Under the pieces are notes generated by a model. That model was given only the letters and a program-made list of their open reading frames with translations, was not told the DNA's origin and did not search any database. Positions 49,847-61,027 of a stretch of DNA of 64,000 bases are shown here, piece after piece; positions within the stretch are counted from its first letter, which is position 1; each line of letters starts with the position of its first letter. Both the position numbers and the translations under genes were made by a program. Source of the stretch: Cenococcum geophilum (lineage: Eukaryota); assembly GCA_050273025.1 (NCBI GenBank), contig CP158635.1:11346001-11410000 (forward strand). Direction: 5' to 3'.

Positions 49847-52020
49847 TTATTTAGACCTCGGCGCGATCGGTTGGCGGAGTCGAGACTTGAGTTCGAGCAA
49901 ATACTTGTAAGCTATTACCATCTGTTCCTCCAAAAAGAAGGGCAGGAATGGAATAATGGCGGATACCCGTCTAGAAAGAGGCGCCTTAATTCAACTGTCA
50001 GAGCGCAATGTTACGATGTGGGAGTTGGCCCAGCCACATACACCAAATTCTTCTTTCATTCCCCTAAATAGGGTTGCCACCAGAGCGTCTTTGAGCTTAG
50101 GATTAAATGCTTCCGAGTTATGCTGCTTTGCAAACTTCATTTCGCTGAATTCGTTGATTTTGGAGTCAAGCGCATTTGTGGCGAGGATCCAAATAATGTT
50201 TGTACAATTTACTTTCATTCTTGAGCGACGGTCCTGATACCTTCCTGTAGATGATTAGCACGGAAAAGAATTGGATGAATGCTTTGCTTCGTACCCTCAT
50301 CAAAAACAATTAAGTTAGCATCCATTATCTTAGACCCTGACTTCTCAATTTCGTCGAGCATTACAATGGCCTTCCGACCGGAGTTGTCTGCAAGGAAGTT
50401 ATTGAGGGGTGAGCCTTTCTCATACCCGACGTATGGAGAGTATGGACCAAACAAATCTGTCTCATGCTTGATCTGTGTCATATCGACGACTAGCATTTTG
50501 AGACTTAGTAGGTCACCAAGTCGCCTACCGACCTCAGTCTTCCCATGGCCGCTAGGTCCTTCAAGCCATATTAGACGAAGAGCATAAAATGAAACAGCGA
50601 AAGAAGGATAAGTAGAAAGCTTACCTGCGAAAGTTAGGACCAACGGTTTGGTAGTCGGTGTTATGAGGTGTGTAAGTAACCTATTCGTTAGCATCTCAAT
50701 ACTGAGATCTTGACCGATCATTGTGAAAGGGAGACCACATAGCTCGGTTAGCTGGTACTCCCTCGCGACTTGGATGAATCGGCTTGAAGGAGCGGGGTGT
50801 CGCGAACGTCTTCGAATAAAGTACTTTTGCGAGACGGTTAAGGAGTTTTCTACCATTTTTTCAATCACGCCATTGCACCACGTTTGACTTGCATCCTTTT
50901 TTAAAGGCCTGGCTTGTGTCGATGCATCATTTTCAGGGTGAATTGGCTCCAAGAGGTAGCTAGGAATGACGGTCACATCCGCGCCATTACTAAGAAGTAT
51001 ACGTAGCACTAACATGCTACCTCCGTCGTGCTGTGTGGAATTGAGGATGGCAAAGGCAAGCAAAGGGAGTCCTGTCCCCGGTTCCAGCGCGTTAACGTCT
51101 GCGCCGTATTCTACCCATGTACGAATTAGGGCTTCATTGTTTGTTTCGACAGCGTAGAACACTGAAGGAACTCCGGCCACCTGGCGATTTATCACGGCAG
51201 AAACTTCTGAGCGTTGAAAATAGGCCAAATATTCCCTACCATCGGTGGCAGAAAGGCCGTCCTGAACTGCCCACGTAAGCCTGTCTAGAGAGAAGTTCCG
51301 GGAACGGCCCTCTTTGGGGTCAAAGGGCGTTCCGGTATTTGTGAAGCGTAATTTTGGTAATTGGAATCTCTCTCGTTCAGAAGGAGAATGGATATCGGGC
51401 GTGACAACTTTCAGGCCGATGAAGTCATCCGGATTCCGGATCGGACTTTCTGGACGGTTGTGCGCATTATGTATCCCTTGCTGAAGGGCTATAAAGCGCG
51501 CATAATTCAACAAAGCACTGCTGAGATTGAGTGAGCTCTACGGACCTGAGTTTGTGTCCCTGTTGTCTTTGGGTGTGCCAGAACCCTTGTTCTCAGCAAT
51601 ATACCCTGCGCAATCGATAAGCAAATCCAAGCGCGAACACGCCATCCACAATCTTATGCGGCTCACCATGGCTAGCGCGAGTGTCTATGTCGGGGCGAAG
51701 ATCGACCACCTTGTCCTCAAAATCAAGGCGATGTCGAGTGGTGCTAAGGAGTCGCCGGGGTCGAGATCTGGTCTGGCTTGGGTTAGGGCGTCATGGCCGA
51801 GGAAATGGGCGTGCAACATACGATGGAGGTAACGGCCTGGTCTAAATCGTTCTTGTACACCTAAGACGGCTCAGCAAAGCTACACATGGAAGGAGGCGCT
51901 GGAAGAAGAAAGGCTCACCTTTAGTGCGGCGACGGCGTGCTCCCTCTCGCACGAACACTGCTGGAGAACGGCAGCGACGAGGGCACCGTAGGGTCCGTCC
52001 AGGCCGTAGCCATCATCCAT
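49847..52020 (-). CDS. Multi-exon UBA-like / ankyrin / ClpA-B-type AAA+ ATPase; C-terminus damaged
   Basis: Hand-spliced from ATG 52020 (MDDG..VLQQCSCEREHAVAALK|VYKNDLDQAVTSI). Ankyrin FYAVETNNEALIRTWVEYGADVN. Intron 50559-50624 splits Walker A FAGPSGHGKTE; Walker B IVMLDEIEK; sensor WILATN. TAA at 49847-49849 looks premature. Confidence 0.85.
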
Positions 52021-53180
52021 CCCGACGCTGGCACGCTGGCACGGGAGGTTTCAAGGTTAGTATGGCAGGGAGGACCCTGACGGTGATCAGCGCCCGGCTC
52101 CGGGCCACCGGGCCTACGATATGCTACGTCTCAGGATTACGCACGATGATGGGGGCAAGTCTGCTATGTGAACAATTCACGGGACGAAGTTGCAAGGACT
52201 TGCAAGTTGTGTAGAAGCGGAGGCGGCACGCTCGTTGCCTGATTGCCCATGCACGGCTGCCCGCTTGGCTAAACGTCCGGGCCACAGAAAGTCGCAATTC
52301 AGCTCGTACTCTTCACACGATTATCAGCAGATACTGTCTCCATGAAGCCGCCATGCCAGAGGATGTGATAAATGTGGGTGCGCAAATTGACTGGTTGGGC
52401 GTGTTCCGCGCTCACTAACGCAATAGGTTGCTGTCTGCCTCGGGTTGACCTCGATTGTCGCTGCCGCCGTCCTGTCGGGTCAAGTACTTCTCCCTTATCG
52501 TCGCATGGTTAAGGTCATGGTCTGCCTTGACTAGGGGTGTATGAGTATGCTGACAATAATTGCGTTCAAAGGATAGCCACAATCCGGTCGTAGTGGAATG
52601 GCCAAAACCCCGGGCCGGATCCGCTGCTCTGTAGGCCACTGATTCTTGCCTTTCTCTAGTGTCTCAAACCGAATAACATTTCTGCAGTCGCCTTCATTCG
52701 GCAAACGATGTGCTGCGGTGGGGAAATGATGCCCCTTTGGAAGGATCAGACTGTTTTTGGGGCCTGCAAGTCGCCATCTTGATACCTTAGACGATTCTGT
52801 TATAAACATTACCTAGGGTCCGCTCCGATCAGCAGCAAGATGCCGTCAGGGTATGGATTGCTCTTCATCGAGAAATATTCCGCAAACGAGGCGACCGCTA
52901 CCCAAGATTGAGGCCAGTTGAGCACGATGAAGGTTTAAAAACTGTTATCCAAAACATAACAAAGCACATAGCACAGTGGCTTACCGAGAAATATCAAGGT
53001 TTGATTAAACTTCCTATTCTATCCACTGGCCTGTCCTCGTGTGTTTAGGATGTTAATTTCTCGTTAGGAGCTGAATCAATCCAGAAGCGTCTCACGGTTG
53101 TGGTACCACCGTACATTCCCACACTGTGCTCGCTTGCCTCCGTCGAATCCTTGTTTCGGGGGAATATTACAACCACCTTC

Positions 53181-56100
53181 ATGAACGTCCACAACATCAG
53201 CCAAATATATGGAGCTCTTAGGAGCTATGAGCTGCCGTCGTTTGTTGTTCAAGACTCAATTGTATTTTGTTCCTCAGAAGATGAAGTAACTGTATGCAGG
53301 CGAAGATATTCCCAGCTACCCAACAATGATTTGACTTTTCCTAGGTAGTCGCATTATATGAAGTCGCTCAAATTAAAAATGCCTTTCCCCAGTTACAGCC
53401 TGGGCCAGCAAAACTGATCACTTCTGGAGCACGAGATGTCGCCGAGAGTTTTCTCAAATTGGTGGAGACAAAAATCGGGTCTATTGAGTCCCAGTTAATG
53501 CAGGAGGAGGTAAGTTTCTGCCTACATACTTTTCCCCTATAGTTGTGTAAAGCAATCTTATCGTTTTGTAGGTGAGGCTAAAATTTCTACGCGTAAGTTC
53601 CCAATTTTGATTTCCCCATTACATTCTAGCACCTAATTCTTGATAAGAATCTGAAAGATGGACGTGTTAAAAATATGCGAAGTAAGTAATGCTAGAACAA
53701 AGAAGATTTGTCCGCTTAAGATAGTATGGTAGTACCCGGACTAAAGCCTATCACGGTCCAGCCCAATCAACTACAGAATGACGTATATTTACCAGTGTTC
53801 TCGGACATATCGAAAGAGATATTGGAACTGATTTTACAGACACCCTCCCGAACTTTCCTACTCTTAAGTGGAGTGTTAGCAGAATGTGAATTTCTGCACT
53901 CACATATCCGGTCAGTAGTCAAACAACATTCGAGCAATCCCGAGGTCATCTTCCTTAAGCCGTTAAAAACGAGGTAAACAACAATTGGTATTATTGATTC
54001 CTTCGAGTACTCACGTATACTTTAGAAGCACATGTTTCTGTGAAGGCGCAGTCCTCCTAGAACCCTCTGCAACTCATTTCATCGATGGCGAGCTCGAGCT
54101 TGTTGTTACCTCTTCTCAACCCACACATTCCTACTTCTCTTCCGGGCATGCTTTTGCTATTCAGCAGCTCGAAGATTCCCTTCGGAAAATAGTTGAAAAG
54201 TGTGGGTATCGTTCGGAAATCACCAAGAATACGGTCCTAGCTTTGGAAAATGCCTTCCAAGTTCTCGAGGCCCCTGACATATTTACCGAGCACTGCTGGG
54301 AGTTCTACGGAAAATACTGTGAAGAAGCACGATCAGACTTGACAAGATCCGGCCTTGCCGATGAAAGAACGAATCTCACAGCCCTCCATTTAGCTGCAGC
54401 ACTGAACGACACCCTTGCGTTGCGGATTGGCCTTATTGCGGGGTTTTCAGTCAATGAATGGTCTTCCGGTTTATGTACAATGAGTCCACTCCACGCCTGC
54501 ATATACTACAACGATGAGGCAAAGGACATGGTTGAGGTCCTTCTCAACTCTGGGGCACAAACCCGGGACTTTGCGCATGACTGCCCTATTCACCTCGCCA
54601 CTGCGCGGAACCAAGTAGAAACACTCGCTCTGTTTGAGAGACGTGATCGAGAATTTTTCCAAGGATTGCTCCCCGATTTACTCCAGCTAGCATTTATGGT
54701 CTCGGCAAGAAACGCAGCTAAATATCTCATTAGCCTTGGAGCAGCAGATCTTAGGAGCAAGAACGAGTGTTCCTCTCAATTTATACTTTACCGACCTGGG
54801 CTGTTTTGGCCACGGAGTTGGGAGACCTGTCGGCCTCGTGCACCGTTAGAAACTGTGTTCGAGCGTCTCTGGGTCGAGGAAGCTGCTCTCATTTTGAAAC
54901 GCCGGATAGAACGTCACTCACCGAACTTCAAGTTTCACTCAACTTTGACCGGTTCACACTCTACTGATGAAAGACCCAGGCTGCTTGCGGAGTGGATTAG
55001 ATTTGACCCATTCTGGAAAGGAGAAGAAGACAAAGATGCCCTCTACTGGGCTGTTAGACTAGGATATGGCGACCTCGTGCATCAAATCTGCGCCTCAAAG
55101 CCCACTACAGCCCGTATTTTGAGTGCACTAGATACAGCGGCCGAATATGCTCGAAATGAATATGCTACAGAAATGATTGGAAGTGTCAAATCCTTCAATG
55201 AGAGCGGATTTTTGCATTTATTGCGCAAGCGCGCTTGGGCTTACGATGACACTGCTACTCGACGCCTCATCGCCAAAACTCTGGATCTAGAAGACTGGTA
55301 TCGACTTAGACTGCCTAACGTTACTGAATGTGCATTCACGCGTGCCTTGGATCTGGCTATTGATTTAGACCTTAAAAAGGTGGTAAAGATCCTTCTGGAT
55401 TCAGTTGGCTCAAGTTGGAATGAGAACGCCAAACTACTCCTTAAGTGGGCCGTCTCAAACGACCGGAAACAAATTGTTCAAAGTCTCTTTTCAGGGATAA
55501 CCTCTCCAAACTGGGACGGAAAAGATCACATTCTGGAGTCTCCAGAGGCCATTCTGAGCGCATTCAATTGGGCAACCCAGCACGGAGATGACGATCTCGC
55601 GGAAATTCTTCTCCAGCCTGCATTTCCCTCACTGTTACAGAAGAGCGATTTCACCACTGAGATCAAGGCTAAAGACAAGAAGACCCACACGGTCATAGCG
55701 CGGTTCTGCCTAAAGCTCATGTCGACGCTAAAGAAGGACATCTGCTCGCTCGGTTCATCAGATAAATCAATTACAGACATTGAACCTGGGCAACTGGAAA
55801 AATGTTTACCTACGGAGCTCCGATATGCATGTCTCCATTGGATATCGCATACCACGCAAAGTGGGATGCCACTAACCGATCATGGAGAAGTGCACACGTT
55901 CCTTCTCGGGCACTTTCTGCATTGGCTTGAGGCCTTGGGCCTACTAAGAAAATTACCTGAGGGAATTCGTGCAATCACTTCTCTGGAGTCTATAGTGACA
56001 GTAAGCGATAAGCAAAAGTTATATAATGTACTCTAAACTAACGGTAGTCAGGCTAACGGAGCACCCTCTTTATTAGCAGATCTGCATGATGCGAAACTGT

Positions 56101-56465
56101 TTATGCAAGAAAACCAGTCAACAATTGAACAAGCCTTGCTTCAGCTATACTGTGTTGCTCTTGTATTTCCACCAGAAGAAAGCCTTGTCCGACAAAATAA
56201 CCGAGAGCATCGGAAGCCGCATTGGATAGCTGAGTCGTCGAAAGTACCAAAACACTGTGACTCATTAAAGACACTCGCTGAGGAGAGCACTGCTAAGGAA
56301 AACAAAAGACGCGAGGCACTAGCTATAGCTAGGGGGAGCGTAATGCTGAGAGATCCGCTTAGACCTTATACGGTTACGCAGGCTGAAAGAGAGCGCTACC
56401 AGAGGCTAGTGCTGGGAATGACGGAGAAGCAGATCGTAAGGGCGAACGCGTGGCAGCGTCGCTAA
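53181..56465 (+). CDS. Multi-exon ankyrin-repeat protein with C-terminal NWD/HET-E-type post-NACHT helical region
   Basis: 683-aa ORF with ankyrin motifs (TALHLAAA, SPLHACI, PIHLAT, ALYWAV). Then CLKLMS.LKKDIC..LPTELRYACLHWISH..HFLHWLEALGLL; intron 56001-56051 joins LHDAKLF..IEQALLQLYCVALVFPPEESLVR. 5' exons inferred from GT-AG sites. Confidence 0.85.
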
Positions 56466-57099
56466 CATCTAGCTGCTAACATAAGCAGTCAGTCACCGCG
56501 GATATATATATAGTAAGTTAATACATAGTAAGGAAGGATTAATTTAGTAGTATTTTAAAGCTTTTTAGTAGACTGTAATAGAAGTTAAAAATCTTTAACT
56601 AAAATTTAGTTAAGAAGTCATAGGATATTTATGCTAAATTATATAACCATCTCCTATTATATATTTAGATATATTTTACCTAGACTCACTAATAAACAAA
56701 CCCCGTTTACTAATTTGTTTACTTATTTACTTTATAATTAAACAACCAATTAAACCTAGAGGCCTAATTTTAGCAGTTAATTAAGCCCTATATCGTCCCA
56801 TTTAATTAAGTTAGTTTACTTATTTAATATATAAGATATAAGTATTACTTTTAGTTAAGAGGAGTAAATATAGGGGTTCTTAGTAGGTAGTTCTATAATA
56901 TACAATAATCGCAATATAATATACGCGCTAAAAATAAATATCTAAACGCATCTTTCTAACCTAACCCTTTAAAATCCCCTCTTTCACCTACTAATTCTTA
57001 TTACTATCCTACCTATTACGTCTTCCTACCCTACTAAAGCTAGCCCTATTAATTTAGCAGAGAATATACCTATAATTATGCCTAGTAAAGCCTATAAAG

Positions 57100-57260
57100 T
57101 GTGCAGGCTCAGTCAAAAGAACAGAATCTATTGGCAGCCAGCGAACGAGAATTCCAAGACGAGGTCTGGAAGAAGGTCGAGGAAAGGACACGCCTATATA
57201 CATGAGCCAAGGCTCGGCTCGGCCGAGCCCCTGACTAGGGTTTGTAACAGTGCCGTAACA
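57100..57260 (-). mobile_element. Solo LTR, little RIP
   Basis: 161 bp, TG...CA; minus strand begins tgttacggcact like the Gypsy LTR; perfect TSD TAAAG (57095-99, 57261-65). Confidence 0.9.
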
Positions 57261-57304
57261 TAAAGTTTCTAATACCTTAGTATACGCAAAACTAAAACTA
57301 TAAT

Positions 57305-58260
57305 AATATTATTATTATTCATTCATTGCTTAACCTCCGAATCGGATCCCTGTCGGGCTCACGTGGACTACACCTTATCCCTTGACCCGTCAACTTGGGC
57401 ACGCAGGTTATCGATAAGAGTCCACCAATCAGATCAATAGGATTTGGTGGCCGTGCTCAGGAATACAAGATAGGCTCGAATTCGGGGAGTGGCCAAGGCC
57501 TTGGGGGGGGGTATTTTCGCCGTCTTATTTGGGGGAACCTTATATTGAGTCTTCTGAACAGGATCTGCATCGATTCTGGTATAATTGGAAGGCATGGTGG
57601 TGGTGTATTTGATGGTTGAATTCTATAGAGATACACGCGTTGTTCTGATTCTGGTGTTCGCGCACAGGCCTTCCCCTTTGCTCGCCCTGACGGGTTAAGG
57701 GATATACATGTGGAGAAAACTCTGTGAGAAAACCCCGTATGCTGTCTCTCCGCCTTTAGGTCCCGCCTGCCTGCGAGTCACCTGTGGTCCTGTATATCCT
57801 TACTTTCGGTCTCCTCGGTAACCACTGCTGCCGTAGTAAGCCTATGGACGCGCTAGTATCCTAAGCTTACACTCCTACTGTAGAGCCTCTAGGGGGCGCC
57901 TGTCCCCCCCCTTACCTTCCTCCGCTATTTGCTTTGTAACCTAGAACTGGTTTAGGACGTTCTGGCTGATGAGCCACCGGGTGATCGCCTTAAGGCCTCT
58001 TCGTGTTGAAAGTATTGTGTTATAGTCCTCCGTACCAGCTGCTAGAAGCATCGCCTCTCGGCCGGTACGTAGGGGGCATGCTAGTGTTACGTGCTTTAGT
58101 GTTTGTCTTGGCCAGCCGCACTCGTACCTAGGGACTCTTATTCCGTGGAGCCAATCTTTTAGTCCTATTACCCCTGTCCTTAGAAGCGTTGCCATTGTGT
58201 TTTCTGCCATCGTTAGTCCTCGGCAAAGTTTTTGGGCGTTTACCCTCCATCCCCGAGTCA
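57305..58260 (-). mobile_element. 5'-truncated Tad1-like LINE (ORF2 C-terminus, 3' UTR, AAT-rich tail)
   Basis: LLRTGVIGLKDWL...ECGWPRQTLKHVTLACP...ITRWLI..VLNQF zinc-knuckle end; minus-strand tail aatgaatgaataataataat at ~57305-57327. Confidence 0.8.
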
Positions 58261-58450
58261 TAATAGAGGATAAGAAAATTCCAAGCCCATACATATACAA
58301 CCAACTAAACGCTGGTGCCTATAGATGTAGAAGCGTCAAAAGCGGCCAGCAGTTGAGCGAGACAATCAAACGCCAAGAAAAAGAGGAAGCTGAACGCTAA
58401 GTTCATTTATGGTTAATTTTATTTTCCTACATCTTATAATACTATCGCGG

Positions 58451-61027
58451 TATCTATTATTCACACGCTTGCGGAGAAGAGGATTAATTAATCTAATTGG
58501 TGGGTACGGGCTCAAAGGCATCAATTAAGAATGGGTATATTCGCAAGGCCATTTACAGGGGATTGCCCTGCCTTAACTAAACGTGATGCCTATAGACCCG
58601 TGCGCAAGCATATCGCTACAGTATCTATTTATAAAGCCTAAAATATACAACTAAAGAAAAAGGTGTAGGTAGGAGGGAAAGCAAGTAAGTAAGGCTTAAT
58701 TTTGTAAATATTAATAATGTTAATATTACTAAAATATAGGGGTGCTACTATAGTGCTCGCTTAGCCACATAGATATATCTATCTATTATTTACACGCTTA
58801 CGGAAAAGAGGATTAATTAATTTAATTAGTAGGTATGGGCTTAAAGGCATTAATTAAGAATGGGTATATTTATAAGGCCATTTATAGGGGATTACCCTGC
58901 CTTAACTAAATGTAATACCTATAGACCTAGAAGCGCAGCGCCTATACTATATAAGATAGAGTAGGGGGAAGAAAAAATAAAAAATAAAAAAGGAGGGGAA
59001 AGGAGAGATTTAAGTTAATATATTAGAGTACTAAAATAGGCACTCCTATACGCCGTTATACCTAAATACCTTCACCTATTATATTTAGGGCGAGTAATAA
59101 TAAAAACGGTATTAGCGTTCTATATTAGAAGTTTATACTTAGCTAAAATAGGTTTTTTAGGGATAATAAATAGTAAAGCTGGAACGCTTATAAGGACTAC
59201 TAGCCTAGTTACTATATTTAGCTGTCTATAAAACTGTTATCTTAAGTATATTAAGTAGCACCTTTTTAAAACAAGTGTCCGTTATAGAGCTTAGAGTAAA
59301 GGCTAAGAGTAATAACTCTATACTTTAGCTTATTTCTAACTATATAGCTTATAAAGGCCGATCTCTTAAAGTAAAAGAAAGGGGCATTTCTAGGTTAGGG
59401 GTTATTTTTAAATAGGTATTTTATAGCTTAAACTACGTATTTAGGTTACCCTAAAGCGGTAATTATAATTAAGACTCCTTAGTAATTAATATTTATTTTA
59501 CTACGCTTTAAATATAATATTATATAGTCCTCTACTAGCGTTATATTATTTCTAGTATATTTTATAGTAAAGAAGGTATAGCTATCTTTTTAAGCCTTAG
59601 TATAGGTAATCTCGCCTAGATAAAGGAATTTTATAAAGGCTATAGTAACAGCGGCGTTAAAGTTAAGATCCTTAACAGATTAGGCATTTAGGGTAATTAA
59701 TTAGGTAAGGATATCTTTAGTAATTAGCAATCTTTTAGCCGTAGTAAAGGGATTTATAGATATTATACCGTCTAGGATCCTCTTAATAATAGGATTATTA
59801 AAGATGGAGGTGTTATAATTAGCGTTAATATAGTAGGATTAAATTGCGGAGATATAGGCTCTAACTATAGTAGGCTTAATATAGCTTATTTCTGGACTAG
59901 TATTACTAAAGATCTATTAGGTAATTTATTCTCTTAGGTAATAAAGGGGCGCTAGGTACTTTACTGCTCTATAAAGGTTATAGTAGCCCTCCTAACTCTT
60001 AATTACGGGATAATATAAATCTCTTATTCTATTAGAGAGGCCGTGCTATAATAGTTAGCTAAAGTATTTTAAGGGGGCTTTTACCTTAATCCAGAAATTA
60101 GGTAGGGGGTCTTTAAGAAAGACTAGGTCTTTTATTTTAGCGTTAGATTAAATATAATAAAGAAGCGTATAATAATGGTAAATTAGAAGTATCCTAATGT
60201 GGGTATAATAATAATACCCTATTATAATTAAAACGAGATAAAGTATTAGCTAGCCCGTTTTCTATAGAGGAAACCTACTCTATATAGAGCGTAATATTAT
60301 AGGCTATAGCTAGTTAGAGGATCTTATAGAGCGGGTAATTACTTAGTCCTTTTACTACCGTATTTTAGAATCCTAAAAGTGCTACTATATTATTTATATA
60401 GATATAAACTAAGCTATACTCCTACTACGTTACCTAGAGCTAAAATAAAGTTATAATTACTTAGACCTCTCGCTTATTAATTAGGGTAAGGTAGTATTCT
60501 ATATTAGGGTAGTAGCTTAAAGAATTATCTTAGGGTAGAGATACCGAATAGGGCGGCTATGTTGTCCCTTAAGAATCCTTAAAAAAGAAGAAGGCCCTAT
60601 AACTAAGAATCCTAAATACGTCTAAGAAGAAATAGAATTATTTTTAATCCGTATTATTAAAGAAGAGGATACTATTTAAAAGGGTAAGAGCATCCCTTTA
60701 CTATAATAAGTCTTAGCGAAGTTTAGCTATTAGCTATTAGTGAGGATAACTATCTACCTTTATAAAAGTAGAAATAAACTCCTAGATAAAGCGGTTATAT
60801 AAATACCTAAGCCTAATTACCTAGGCGCTCTAAGCGAGTCTACTAGCTAGTTTTTAACTCTAAACTAGCATTAGGGATCTACTACTTAACGCTTTATTAA
60901 TCTCCTTAATTATAGTGGCCTATTTTAAAGGAGAAAGACGTAGTTTAAACTTTAGAGTATCTATAATATAACCTAGGACTTTAGCCGTAGTGCCTTTAAT
61001 ATTCTTTAATTTATTTTATAGGATACC
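58451..61027 (-). mobile_element. 3' part of Ngaro-type (DIRS superfamily) tyrosine-recombinase retrotransposon
   Basis: RT end KVLGYIIDT; RNase H end NGLANTLSR; YR FLYLGEITY..LKRSK..YNGHLF*KGAT (GHSFRKGAA). 3' split direct repeats B1 58780-58927, A2 ~58600-58775, B2 58451-58598. Confidence 0.85.

Noticed and set aside
49742..52214. Several plus-strand ORFs of 63-109 aa
   Set aside because: Shadows of the spliced minus-strand AAA gene; no recognisable motifs.
52415..52809. Two small ORFs in the divergent intergenic spacer
   Set aside because: No motif or splice support; probably promoter-region noise.
53767..55855. Short minus-strand and alternate-frame ORFs
   Set aside because: They overlap the long ankyrin CDS.
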